Positions 10,792 to 20,672 of a stretch of DNA of 64,000 bases are shown in pieces (the first letter of the stretch is position 1; each line of letters begins with the position of its first letter). This stretch comes from Candidatus Helarchaeota archaeon (GTDB lineage Archaea; Asgardarchaeota; Lokiarchaeia; Helarchaeales; RDOG01). The stretch lies in the NCBI GenBank assembly GCA_019058315.1, contig JAHPZH010000009.1, positions 64,001-128,000 of the forward strand. Reading direction: 5' to 3'. A model generated the notes under the pieces. It did not search any database. It was given only the letters and a program-made list of their open reading frames with translations, and was not told the DNA's origin. Both the position numbers and the translations under genes were made by a program.

Positions 10792-11073
10792 TTATTCCAA
10801 TTCTTGTAATTTTTGCTCTTTAAGTGGAATGGGCTTTGGAGGTTTCATTTTATTCCATCCTATCCATATTAAAACTCCTAAAACTAAAAATTCTACAAGC
10901 ATAATCGGTACTACCACATAGACCCAGGGACTGAAGAAAAGTTCTCCCAAATATGGATATGCACTTGGGATTCCATTTGATAAAAGGATGTTAGTATTTG
11001 CAACAGTCATATAAATCAATATTGGGAATATAAAAAATAATATTAAGCCCCCATAAAGTTTTTCTTTTGCCAA
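10792..11073 (-). CDS. Small two-TM membrane protein, paralog 2
   Basis: Shares KLYG, FFxPWVYVV, WIGW and PPxPxPL with 10341-10667. Confidence 0.7.
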   Translation of the reverse strand: MAKEKLYGGLILFFIFPILIYMTVANTNILLSNGIPSAYPYLGELFFSPWVYVVVPIMLVEFLVLGVLIWIGWNKMKPPKPIPLKEQKLQELE

Positions 11074-11326
11074 TATTTACAAATCCATTTTATTTTCTGA
11101 AAATTTTAGTTCTAATCATAATACTACTAATTTCAATAAAGATTTTAAAATTATAAAATTTTTTATATTTATTTTATTAAGCAAAATCTCATAATTAAGG
11201 AAGTTTATTTAGTAACTTTTATTCTTTTAAGAAAAAAAAACATTAGAAAGATATTTATTTATCTGGTATTTTACCTTACTTTCACTTATATTATAAAAAT
11301 TAAAAGTTTTACTCGGAAGGATTAGA

Positions 11327-12442
11327 TTGGTTAATGAAATCATATTGGACGACGAAAATCGAATAAAATCTATTGATTCAGATGATATGTATAAATTTTT
11401 AATGAACATGCCTGAAAGTTGCGCTGAAATGTTAGATGTTGCCAAAAAATTTCAACTTTCTCATGGAATAGAAGAGTTTAGGAATATTTTGATTTGTGGA
11501 ATGGGCGGAAGCGGGATAGGAGGTAACTTAGTCCGGGATCTATTATATGATAAAATACCAATTCCAATTATTATAAATCGAAGTTATAACATTCCAGCAT
11601 TTGTAAATAAAAAAACCTTTATGATAGTGATAAGTTATTCAGGAAATACAGAAGAGACACTAAGTGCATTTGCAGAAGGAATTAAACGTGAATGTAAAAT
11701 TGTAGGATTAAGTTCAAATGGTAAACTAATTGAATATTGTAAGAAACTTGGGATTGAATATATCAAAGTTCCTACTGAAATTCAACCAAGAGCAGCAATT
11801 CCTTATCTATTTATTGCAATATTAATGATATTACAAAAATCAAAAATTATATCAGATTTTTCACAAGATTTAGAAGAAACTATAACCATTTTAAAAAATT
11901 TAAGAAATGAATTGTTTATTAAAAGTCCTTTAAATAATAATCTCGCAAAACAAATTGCAATTGGGATTATGGGTTCCATTCCTATGATATATGCGACTTC
12001 AGGTTATGGAAGTCTTGCGCGTAGAATGAAGTGTCAAATTAACGAGAATAGCAAGAATCCCGCTCATTGGGACGAATTTCCAGAATTAAACCATAATGAA
12101 GTAGTAGGTTGGGAGGTAACATCGAATATTACCCAAATTTCATGTGCTATTTTATTAAGAACACAAGATGAAAATGAAGTAATCAATAATAGGATAGAAA
12201 TAACTAAAAATATTATTTTAAAAGACAAAGTTAAAGAAGTTTTTGAAATTTGGAGTCGTGGAAAATCTAAATTAGCGAAAATGTTCTCACTTTTATTCAT
12301 AGGGGATTTCGTAAGTTATTATTTGGCAATTTTAAAAGGAGTAAATCCAACACCCGTTAAAAGTATTAGTGAATTAAAGAAAAAATTAAAAGAAAGATTA
12401 AATTTTTTGCATTTAATCGAAAATAAACTGTTTTCAACTTAA
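11327..12442 (+). CDS. Bifunctional phosphoglucose/phosphomannose isomerase
   Basis: GMGGSGIGG, SYSGNTEET, QPRAA, QINENSK, PELNHNE. Confidence 0.95.
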   Translation: MVNEIILDDENRIKSIDSDDMYKFLMNMPESCAEMLDVAKKFQLSHGIEEFRNILICGMGGSGIGGNLVRDLLYDKIPIPIIINRSYNIPAFVNKKTFMIVISYSGNTEETLSAFAEGIKRECKIVGLSSNGKLIEYCKKLGIEYIKVPTEIQPRAAIPYLFIAILMILQKSKIISDFSQDLEETITILKNLRNELFIKSPLNNNLAKQIAIGIMGSIPMIYATSGYGSLARRMKCQINENSKNPAHWDEFPELNHNEVVGWEVTSNITQISCAILLRTQDENEVINNRIEITKNIILKDKVKEVFEIWSRGKSKLAKMFSLLFIGDFVSYYLAILKGVNPTPVKSISELKKKLKERLNFLHLIENKLFST

Positions 12443-12748
12443 ATTTTAATTTATTTAATAATTTATATACCATTTATTACTTAAATTAGAGGAAATCTTA
12501 ATTTTTTTAGGATTTCATAGATATAATTCCTAATTTTTTAAAGGTATAGTCATTAAGTTAATAGAATTGATAGTAAAGATTTTAAATTCTTAATGTTTCA
12601 TAATCTAGATAATCTGTAATTTTATAGCATTTGAAATAAATCTATTTAAAGGAATATTTAAACTAATTAATTATATTATTAGTAGAGCATTCCGAATAGG
12701 ATGCAAGTTACTTAGAAATAAGTATTTCAACAGATTAAATTATTTGAG

Positions 12749-13165
12749 TTGAATATTAAATTGGTAAGAAAATTTACATTTCATGGCTTCAGCTTAGAAG
12801 AGCTTCAATCAATGCCAATGGATGAGTTCATAAAACTTATTCCTTCTCGCCAGCGTCGTAGTCTATTACGAGGATTGCCGAGACGACAAAAAAAATTGCT
12901 TGAAAAGTTGCGACGTGCAAGGCGGGCATTGAAAAAAGGAAAGAAAATTACTATAAGAACTCATAATAGAGATATGGTAATATTACCAGAAATGGTTGGT
13001 CTCTCTATAGGAGTTCATAATGGAAAAGAATTTATTAAAATTGAAATAACTCCTGAGCATATTGGACATTATCTGGGTGAATATGCACCTACACATAAAA
13101 GAGTTACCCATGGTAACCCTGGAATAGGTGCTACACGAAGTTCAATGTATGTTCCACTTAAATAA
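12749..13165 (+). CDS. rps19: 30S ribosomal protein uS19 (start may be TTG 12761)
   Basis: [40 protein letters not shown]. Confidence 0.97.
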   Translation: MNIKLVRKFTFHGFSLEELQSMPMDEFIKLIPSRQRRSLLRGLPRRQKKLLEKLRRARRALKKGKKITIRTHNRDMVILPEMVGLSIGVHNGKEFIKIEITPEHIGHYLGEYAPTHKRVTHGNPGIGATRSSMYVPLK

Positions 13166-13191
13166 ATGAAAAATGTTTGAGGAAATAGATA

Positions 13192-13662
13192 GTGAGTCCT
13201 GAATTTGGTTATAGTGTTACTGGATTGGATCCTGATAAAACAGCAAAGGCTGCTGGGCGTTTTATTCGTTGTTCACCAAAATTAGCTAGAGAAGTCTGTC
13301 ATGCTATAAAAGGGATGCAATTAGAAAAAGCAAAGGAATATTTGACTAATGTTATTTTGAAAAAAAAGGCAGTACCTTTTAAAAGGCATAAAAAACACCA
13401 AGCTCATAGAAAAGGACTTCAAAAATGGTCAGCAGGACGTTACCCAGTAAAAGCAGCATATTTTATACTTACTGTACTTAAAAATGCTGAGGCAAATGCT
13501 GAATATCAAGGTTTAGATACAGACAGGATTAGAATTATTCATGCATCCGCTATGAATGGTCCAATTCAAAATAAAGGTAAATATATCCCACGTGCATTTA
13601 GCCGTTCAACTCCCTATTATAAACATTTGACACATGTCGAAATAATTTTAGAAGAAAAATAA
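13192..13662 (+). CDS. rpl22: 50S ribosomal protein uL22
   Basis: AVPFKRH, GRYPVKAA, PRAFSRSTP, THVEIIL. Confidence 0.97.
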   Translation: MSPEFGYSVTGLDPDKTAKAAGRFIRCSPKLAREVCHAIKGMQLEKAKEYLTNVILKKKAVPFKRHKKHQAHRKGLQKWSAGRYPVKAAYFILTVLKNAEANAEYQGLDTDRIRIIHASAMNGPIQNKGKYIPRAFSRSTPYYKHLTHVEIILEEK

Positions 13663-13680
13663 AATAAATGGATTGATAAT

Positions 13681-14328
13681 TTGCCAGCATTAGAACATTT
13701 CATTACAAGAAGATTGAAAAAAACACAAATCGATGAATTTTTTGCCGAAGAATTACAAAGAGCTGGATACAGCGGTGTAGATATTCAAAAAACTCCCCTT
13801 GGAACAAGGGTTATAATATATGCCGCCAGACCAGGAATGGTTATTGGTAGAAGAGGAAAAAATGTTAAAATCATGACACAAATTTTAGAAGAACGTTATG
13901 ATATAGAGAATCCTCAAATTGAAGTATCAGAAATAGAAGTTCCGGAATTAAATGCTAAAGTGATGGCACAACGTTTAACAGGAAGATTAGAAAGAGGTAC
14001 TCATTATCGACGAGCTACATATTCTATTTTAAGAAGAGTAAAAGCAGCTGGAGCTAAAGGAGTTGAAATTAAAGTTAGTGGTAAATTATCTGGCCATCGA
14101 TCGAGATACAAGAAATTTCGAGATGGGTTTGTTGCTAAATGTGGCGAACCTGCAAATCAATGGGTTGATAAAGCTGTATCTTATGCTGTTTTAAAGAAAG
14201 GTGTAATTGGAGTCTCGGTTAAAATTATGCGTCCTACTGGCTTGCTACCAAATGAAATTGAAATTATAGATATGCCACCTGAAGAAAAAGGTGAAACCAA
14301 AACAAAAGAAGAGTCAAGAGCAAGTTAA
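13681..14328 (+). CDS. rps3: 30S ribosomal protein uS3
   Basis: AGYSG, RPGMVIGRRG KH motif, SGKL, GVIGVSVKIM. Confidence 0.97.
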   Translation: MPALEHFITRRLKKTQIDEFFAEELQRAGYSGVDIQKTPLGTRVIIYAARPGMVIGRRGKNVKIMTQILEERYDIENPQIEVSEIEVPELNAKVMAQRLTGRLERGTHYRRATYSILRRVKAAGAKGVEIKVSGKLSGHRSRYKKFRDGFVAKCGEPANQWVDKAVSYAVLKKGVIGVSVKIMRPTGLLPNEIEIIDMPPEEKGETKTKEESRAS

Positions 14329-14362
14329 ATACTCAAATTATCATTAATTAAATCAAAGAGAT

Positions 14363-14575
14363 ATGAAAATGGGAATATTAAGTGCAAATGATATAAGAAA
14401 GATGAAATATGAAGAAAAAGAAAATAAATTGATAGAATTAAAGGCAGAATTAAGCAAACAAAGGGCTTTAATTGCCGCGGGTGGAGCATTAGAAAATCCA
14501 ACCAAAGCAAGACTATTAAAAAGAACAATTGCACGTTTATTAACAATAATGAGAGAAGAAGAACGAAGCCCTTGA
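14363..14575 (+). CDS. rpl29: 50S ribosomal protein uL29
   Basis: ENPTKARLLKRTIARLLT; position after rps3. Confidence 0.95.
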   Translation: MKMGILSANDIRKMKYEEKENKLIELKAELSKQRALIAAGGALENPTKARLLKRTIARLLTIMREEERSP

Positions 14576-14588
14576 GGATAAATAAAAT

Positions 14589-14888
14589 TTGTTAAAAGCT
14601 AGTAAAAAATTAGTCAATAAATTTAGAATAAAAGAATTTATTGGATTATATGTTGAAATTATTGATAGCACAAATGAAAATTATATAGGATTGAAAGGAA
14701 AAGTAATTGATGAATCATATCATATGATAACAATTTTAATAGGAAGAAATCAAAAAAAAATACCTAAAAAACCTTGCATTTTTAATTTCAAACCAAATAA
14801 AAAAGATGAAATAAAAATTGCCGGGGTTGACATTATAGGTCGACCTGAAGATAGGATAAAAAAATTTCTAAAAAAAAGTAGGATATGA
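14589..14888 (+). CDS. rnp1: Ribonuclease P protein component 1 (Rpp29/Pop4)
   Basis: EFIGL, GLKGKVIDES, IPK, GRPEDRIK; conserved position before rps17. Confidence 0.9.
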   Translation: MLKASKKLVNKFRIKEFIGLYVEIIDSTNENYIGLKGKVIDESYHMITILIGRNQKKIPKKPCIFNFKPNKKDEIKIAGVDIIGRPEDRIKKFLKKSRI

Positions 14889-14894
14889 AATATT

Positions 14895-15224
14895 GTGGCA
14901 AAGAATATCGGTTTACAAGTAACACCTCCAAAAAGAACATGTGAAGATCCAAATTGTCCTTTTCATGGGAAATTAAATGTTAGAGGTAAGTTTTTGGAAG
15001 GAATAGTAACATCAATTAAAATGAATAAAACCATCGTTGTTAGAAGAGATTTTTTAAAATTCATTAAAAAATATTTGCGATACGAAAAGAGACATAGTAC
15101 ATTACATGCACATTGCCCTGAATGCATTCAACCCGTAGTAAATAAAAAAGTTAAAGTTGCAGAATGTCGACCTATAAGTAAAACTGTCTCATTTGTTGTA
15201 GTTGAATGTGAAGAATCGGAATAA
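14895..15224 (+). CDS. rps17: 30S ribosomal protein uS17
   Basis: CEDPNCPFHG, RYEKRH, ECRPISKT. Confidence 0.97.
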   Translation: MAKNIGLQVTPPKRTCEDPNCPFHGKLNVRGKFLEGIVTSIKMNKTIVVRRDFLKFIKKYLRYEKRHSTLHAHCPECIQPVVNKKVKVAECRPISKTVSFVVVECEESE

Positions 15225-15240
15225 TGGGGAATATAAAAAA

Positions 15241-16005
15241 ATGGCAGAAATGTTTGATGAAAAAATAAATGAATTGAAAGAACTAATTAATGAAAAAATC
15301 ACTGATTTAAGTTTGTCTATCAAAAAAATCACTGAAGAACTACCATCTAATTTAGGTCAAATTCTTATGCAATTTTCAGACCTTATAGGAGAAAATTTTG
15401 AAGGAGTAACTGAAAAAATTGAAGAATTATCATCAACTTTAATTGAAATTAAACAAGAAGTTAAAGAAATGAAAATGGAGAAAGAATTAGAAAAGGAACA
15501 AGACGCAGAATTATCAGAATTAATTAAACAAACTGTAATTGAAGAAAAAACAACCCAAAAAGAGGAAAAAACTCCCCCGGTAGTGCCAAAACCAGTAGTC
15601 ACAAAAGAGAAACCCACACCAGTACTAAAAAAACCTTCTCCAAAAATTCAAGAAAAACCTCCTGTTCTAGAACCTCCAGTAGTAACAAAACCTCCTGTCG
15701 TAAAACCTGCTAAACCCGTAACTGTTACTGAACCAGCAGAAGAAGTTCCTGAAGAAGTTTTACAATTATTTGATAAAATTTCTAGCGTAGTCGTTTCTAA
15801 CGTAACAGCAAAAGAATTAGCAGATACTATGAATGAGGCGAGGGAAAATATAATAAAGGTCTTTAAATGGCATCCAGTATTATATGAATTGGCAAGTTTT
15901 TCTCGAAGGATTCAAAAAATGCCTGAAGGACCATTAGATGCTGAAATTACATCTTTACTAATTGAAAAAATTACAGACTGGAAAAATAGGATTGCAGGAG
16001 GATAA
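15241..16005 (+). CDS. Hypothetical protein: N-terminal coiled coil, Pro/Lys/Val-rich linker, C-terminal helical bundle
   Basis: Long ORF filling the rps17-rpl14 gap on the same strand; ATG 15241 follows GGGGA. Confidence 0.85.
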   Translation: MAEMFDEKINELKELINEKITDLSLSIKKITEELPSNLGQILMQFSDLIGENFEGVTEKIEELSSTLIEIKQEVKEMKMEKELEKEQDAELSELIKQTVIEEKTTQKEEKTPPVVPKPVVTKEKPTPVLKKPSPKIQEKPPVLEPPVVTKPPVVKPAKPVTVTEPAEEVPEEVLQLFDKISSVVVSNVTAKELADTMNEARENIIKVFKWHPVLYELASFSRRIQKMPEGPLDAEITSLLIEKITDWKNRIAGG

Positions 16006-16105
16006 ATAGAACTTTTTTATTAAGAATTCTATTAATTTAATGATTAAAAAATTGGATGTTTAAATCGATTAAAAATAAGAATTAAGAAAAATTGAGGCAA
16101 AGTAA

Positions 16106-16531
16106 ATGGGTAAAAGACGAGTTCGAAAATCTGCTGCATTATTATTACCTAAAATATCAAAAGCTATACCTACTAATGCTAAAATTAAATGTTCTGATAA
16201 TTCTGGAGGAAGAATCCTTAATGTAATTTCAGTAGTAGGTTATAAAGGAAGACTGAATAGGATACCAACAGCACATGTAGGTTCTATGATAGTATGTAGT
16301 GTTAAGAAAGGTACTCCTGCAATGCGTAGGCAAATTGTGAGAGCTATTATAATAAGACAAAAAAAACCATATAGAAGACGAGATGGCAGATTTGTAAGCT
16401 TTGAAGATAATGCAGCAGTAATAACTACAGAATTAGGAGAACCAAAGGGATCAGAAATTCGAGGACCAGTTGCAAAAGAAGCAGCAGAAAGATGGCCAAG
16501 ACTTGCAAGTGTTGCAAGCACGGTTATATAA
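16106..16531 (+). CDS. rpl14: 50S ribosomal protein uL14
   Basis: CSDNSG, SVKKG, FEDNAAVI, GPVAKEAAERWP. Confidence 0.97.
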   Translation: MGKRRVRKSAALLLPKISKAIPTNAKIKCSDNSGGRILNVISVVGYKGRLNRIPTAHVGSMIVCSVKKGTPAMRRQIVRAIIIRQKKPYRRRDGRFVSFEDNAAVITTELGEPKGSEIRGPVAKEAAERWPRLASVASTVI

Positions 16532-16558
16532 TTTAAAATATGAATAGAGGATAAATAA

Positions 16559-16960
16559 ATGATAAAAAAGAAAAATACAAAATCTCCTAAGAAGCAAAGA
16601 AAAAGATTTTACAATTTACCAATTCACAAAAGAAATAAATTATTTAATGTCAAACTAATTCCCGATTTAGTTGCTGAATATGGCGTGCGAAGACTGCCAG
16701 TTCAAAGAGATGACTTTGTTCTAATAACAAAGGGTGAATATGCTGACATTGAAGGAAAGATAAAAAGAATCGATAAAAAAAAGTTACAAGTGTTTGTTGA
16801 GGGTGCAAGTGTCGAAAAAAAAGACGGTTCACAGTTAGAAATTCCCATTTATCCATCCAATATAGTAATTACTAAATTAAAAAAAGATAAAAACAGAGAT
16901 AAGATAATTCAAAGAAGAAAAAGAGAAATTGAAGAAATAGTTGAAGAAGAAATCATTTAG
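16559..16960 (+). CDS. rpl24: 50S ribosomal protein uL24
   Basis: PKKQRK, KOW region, PIYPSNIVITKL. Confidence 0.95.
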   Translation: MIKKKNTKSPKKQRKRFYNLPIHKRNKLFNVKLIPDLVAEYGVRRLPVQRDDFVLITKGEYADIEGKIKRIDKKKLQVFVEGASVEKKDGSQLEIPIYPSNIVITKLKKDKNRDKIIQRRKREIEEIVEEEII

Positions 16961-16973
16961 GAGTAAAATAATT

Positions 16974-17696
16974 ATGGGCAATAAGGGTGGCAAAAAACAC
17001 TTAAAAAGATATCCAGCACCAAAGTATCTTCCAATACATAGAAAAACTTCAATATGGACCGTAAAATCAGCCCCAGGGCCTCATCCATTAAAAGATTCTA
17101 TCCCATTAGTAATACTTGTTCGAGAAGTATTAAATTTAGGTGATACGGCTAAAGAATGTAAAATAATAATTTCAGAAGGGAATATAAAAGTGGACGGAAA
17201 AATTCGTAAAAATTACAAATTTCCGGTAGGTTTAATGGATGTTGTTGAAATTCCTTCAATTAATAAAATTTATCGCATTTTACCAGTAAAAATAAAAGGT
17301 TTAATTCCTCATCCTATAACTGAAGAAGAAAAAGACTTTAAACTATGTGAGATACAAAATAAAACTCCTATAAAAAATGGAAAATTCCAGTTAAATCTAC
17401 ATGATGGTAAGAATATAATTACAGCAAACTCAGAAGCTAATTATAAAACTAGAGATGTTCTAAAAATATCAGTTCCAGAACAAGAAATATTAGAACATTT
17501 ACCAATGAAAGAAGAGATGTCAATATTAGTAACAGCTGGAAAACATATGGGTGCAAATGGAATTTTGAAAAAAATTGATCATCGTTTTGGACCACATGCA
17601 AGTATAGTAACACTAGAACATGAAGGAGAAACGTTTCAAACCGCCTTAGAGTATGCATTTGTTATTGGAGAAAAAACTCCAGCAATATCGATTTGA
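16974..17696 (+). CDS. rps4e: 30S ribosomal protein eS4
   Basis: HLKRYPAP, PGPH, FPVGLMDV, QLNLHDG. Confidence 0.97.
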   Translation: MGNKGGKKHLKRYPAPKYLPIHRKTSIWTVKSAPGPHPLKDSIPLVILVREVLNLGDTAKECKIIISEGNIKVDGKIRKNYKFPVGLMDVVEIPSINKIYRILPVKIKGLIPHPITEEEKDFKLCEIQNKTPIKNGKFQLNLHDGKNIITANSEANYKTRDVLKISVPEQEILEHLPMKEEMSILVTAGKHMGANGILKKIDHRFGPHASIVTLEHEGETFQTALEYAFVIGEKTPAISI

Positions 17697-17706
17697 GGTA
17701 TTATCT

Positions 17707-18303
17707 ATGGAAGAAGATAACATTATAAAAATCCCTGAGGAAGTAAAAGAACAGTTTTTTAATAAATGGCAGACCAATAAAGCGTTAGAACCTAAAATTA
17801 GTAAGGTTACTATCAATATGAGCGTTGGAGAAAGCGGAGTTCAGTTGGAAAAAGCTGGTCAAGTTTTAGAATCACTAGTTGATCAAAAACCTGTCAAATT
17901 AAAAGCAAAAAAAACTATTCGTTCATTCGGAATTCGAAAATTTGAACCAATGGCTATTAAAACTACATTAAGAGGGGAAAAGGCTAATAAATTCTTAAAA
18001 AGGTCACTTGAAGTAGTTGAAAATAAATTAAAAAAGAGTTCATTTGATAGATATGGTAATTTTTCCTTTGGAGTGAAGGAACATATAGAACTACCTGGTG
18101 TAAAATACGATCCCAAATTGGGTATCTTCGGTTTCGACATTTGTGTATCTTTAGAACGTCCAGGTTTTAGAATTCGTCAACGCTCATATAAGCGGAAAAA
18201 AATTCCCACCAAAATTAGAATTTCCCCTGAAGAAGCAATGATTTTTATGGAGAAATATTTTGGAACAACAATTATTAAAGAATACATTGTGAGTTATTAT
18301 TAA
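17707..18303 (+). CDS. rpl5: 50S ribosomal protein uL5
   Basis: VGESG, FGIRK, FDRYGNFSFGVKEHI, YDPKLGIFG. Confidence 0.97.
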   Translation: MEEDNIIKIPEEVKEQFFNKWQTNKALEPKISKVTINMSVGESGVQLEKAGQVLESLVDQKPVKLKAKKTIRSFGIRKFEPMAIKTTLRGEKANKFLKRSLEVVENKLKKSSFDRYGNFSFGVKEHIELPGVKYDPKLGIFGFDICVSLERPGFRIRQRSYKRKKIPTKIRISPEEAMIFMEKYFGTTIIKEYIVSYY

Positions 18304-18391
18304 TCTAATTTTTAATCAAAAGTCTACTTTCTAAATAATTAATATATTATTCTAAACAAATTATTAAATGAATTTAACTTTAGTGAGAGCA

Positions 18392-19177
18392 ATGTCAGAA
18401 AAAGAAAAACCTCAAGTGGTCATATTATGTGGTGGATTCGGTTTAAGACTAAGACGAGAAACTGAATTTAGACCAAAACCACTTGTTAAAATTGGACCAC
18501 ATCCAATATTATACCATATTATGAAAATTTATTCCCACTACGGTTATAACAGATTTATTTTATGTCTTGGTTATAAAGGAGAAATGATCAAAGAATATTT
18601 CTTGAATTATGATTTAATGGATCATGATTTTTTATATAATACTAAAACAAGAAATAAGAAAATTTTCTCAGAAGAAAAAGTAGAATCATGGGAAATTCTC
18701 TTCGCTGACACTGGTTTGGCTACTCCAACAGGTGGAAGAGTAAAAAAAATTGAAAAATATATTGAGGAAGATAATTTTCTTCTTACTTATGGTGATGGGT
18801 TAGCAAATATAGATATAAATGATTTATATGAATTTCATTTAAAAATGGACAAAATTGGCACATTAACAGCTATCCATCCTATGTCACCCTTTGGAATAAT
18901 TCAAGTAAATGAAGGGGAAGTTCGATCTTTTAAAGAAAAACCTCAACTTGAAGGTTTAATCAATGGAGGATTTTTTGTTTTTAAGAAAGACTTCTTTGAT
19001 GTACTTAAAATGAATAGTGTATTAGAAGAGACTCCATTAAGGTATTTATCGAGAACTGATCAGCTCTCAGCATATGAACTTAAGGGTTTTTGGATGTGCA
19101 TGGATACTTTTAAGGATACCACGCGTTTAAATGAGATGTGGGAAGTAGGTAATACACCATGGATAATTTGGGAATAA
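18392..19177 (+). CDS. rfbF: Glucose-1-phosphate cytidylyltransferase (RfbF/DdhA-like)
   Basis: ILCGGFGLRL, PKPLV, LCLGYKG, TGGRVK, LTYGDG, INGGFF, FWMCMDT. Confidence 0.9.
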   Translation: MSEKEKPQVVILCGGFGLRLRRETEFRPKPLVKIGPHPILYHIMKIYSHYGYNRFILCLGYKGEMIKEYFLNYDLMDHDFLYNTKTRNKKIFSEEKVESWEILFADTGLATPTGGRVKKIEKYIEEDNFLLTYGDGLANIDINDLYEFHLKMDKIGTLTAIHPMSPFGIIQVNEGEVRSFKEKPQLEGLINGGFFVFKKDFFDVLKMNSVLEETPLRYLSRTDQLSAYELKGFWMCMDTFKDTTRLNEMWEVGNTPWIIWE

Positions 19178-19210
19178 TTTTTAAATTATTATAAAATAAC
19201 TCATTTTTAC

Positions 19211-20086
19211 CTATTTATTTTTTCTAATTTGTAAATATTCTTTTAGTGCATCTTTCCAATGAGGCATAATATTTATTCCCAAATCTTTTAATCTTTTATT
19301 CTCTAAAACTGAATATTTAGGACGTTTAATAGCTAAAGGATCTTTTTGACTTTCTTCTTTTCGGTGAATTAAAATAGTAGAAGAGCCAATTTGTCGTATT
19401 ATCTCTTCTCCGAATTCGAACCAACTACATTCCCCCTCATTTGTAACATGAAAAATTCCATATTGATTAGATTCAATAAGTGGAATTAATTGATTTGCAA
19501 TATTTTTTGTTGAGGTAGGTGTAAGCCATTCCTGCCCCCCAAATTCTTGAGTTTCTTTCGTATCAATTAAGCTAATAAACATTTCTACAAAGTTTTTTCC
19601 AGGTTTTCCTATACAAGGATGAATTCCATATAATCCACTTACTCTTATTATGATATATTTATTTAAAATGGATTCAATATAATGTTCACCAGCTAATTTA
19701 CTTATTCCATAAGTATTTAGTGGTTCTGCTATATCAGTTTCTATATATGGATTGCCTTTTTGTCTTTTACCATCAAAAACATAATCTGTACTAACATGAA
19801 GCAATATAGAATTATTTTTTAAACACCAACAAGCTAAATCTCGAGAAGCAATTGCATTCACAGCAAATGCTATTTGAGGGTTTTCTTCACATTTTTTTAA
19901 ATCGTGATAAGCAGCAGTGTTAATAATAAGATCGCCTTTATATGGATCTAAGGTTTTTTTTATGGAGTTTTTATCAGTAATTTCTATATCCGGTTGAATT
20001 AATTGAATGATATCATATTTATTTTTTAATATTTGACAAATATCACTCCCTAACTGACCATTAGCCCCTATAACCACTACTCTCAT
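19211..20086 (-). CDS. rfbD: dTDP-4-dehydrorhamnose reductase-like (RmlD)
   Basis: GANGQLG, STDYVFDG, YGISKLAGE, RPKYSVL. Confidence 0.92.
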   Translation of the reverse strand: MRVVVIGANGQLGSDICQILKNKYDIIQLIQPDIEITDKNSIKKTLDPYKGDLIINTAAYHDLKKCEENPQIAFAVNAIASRDLACWCLKNNSILLHVSTDYVFDGKRQKGNPYIETDIAEPLNTYGISKLAGEHYIESILNKYIIIRVSGLYGIHPCIGKPGKNFVEMFISLIDTKETQEFGGQEWLTPTSTKNIANQLIPLIESNQYGIFHVTNEGECSWFEFGEEIIRQIGSSTILIHRKEESQKDPLAIKRPKYSVLENKRLKDLGINIMPHWKDALKEYLQIRKNK

Positions 20087-20123
20087 ATTTCCTCATTTTT
20101 TTAAGAGTTTCGAATTTATTAAA

Positions 20124-20651
20124 TTATCTGTATTTAACTTCCCATTTATATCCCCAAGCATTTGGGGGAATTCTATGCTCATCTGGTTTATCATGATTAT
20201 ATACGTTATTTGCAATAGAAATTAATATGGTATTATCTTCTAAAGACATCCAACCGTGGAAAACTCCGACAGGAACAGTCAGAGTTGAAATATGTTTATC
20301 ACTCAAGGTAATTTCGTTCATTTTACCAAAGAATTCATTATTTTTTCCTTCAATTTTTTTTCGAGCATCAAATAAGGCAAATTTTGCACTACCTTTAATG
20401 ATTGAAAACCAATCAATTAATTCTTTATGACCATGAAATGCTCTTACAGTATTTTTAGAATGATTCATTACAACATAGACTTCTTCAATTTTATCAGTTG
20501 CAAAATGATCATCCGCCCGAATTAGAGAAATTAAAACACCTCTATCATCTATATTGATTCGATTTTTTTCAACAATCACGCCGGGTAATCGTTCAGATAT
20601 AATTTCTGATTTTTCATTTAAAATTCTGTTATCTAAAATTATTTCAGTCAT
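20124..20651 (-). CDS. RmlC-like cupin, NDP-4-keto-6-deoxyhexose 3,5-epimerase family
   Basis: DDRG, VRAFHGH, FDAR, VPVGVFHGW. Confidence 0.85.
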   Translation of the reverse strand: MTEIILDNRILNEKSEIISERLPGVIVEKNRINIDDRGVLISLIRADDHFATDKIEEVYVVMNHSKNTVRAFHGHKELIDWFSIIKGSAKFALFDARKKIEGKNNEFFGKMNEITLSDKHISTLTVPVGVFHGWMSLEDNTILISIANNVYNHDKPDEHRIPPNAWGYKWEVKYR

Positions 20652-20672
20652 TTAATCCACCAAATATATTGA

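Noticed and set aside
12687-12704. Small hairpin upstream of rps19 (GCATTCC..GGATGC)
   Set aside because: Too short and imperfect to support a regulatory RNA call.
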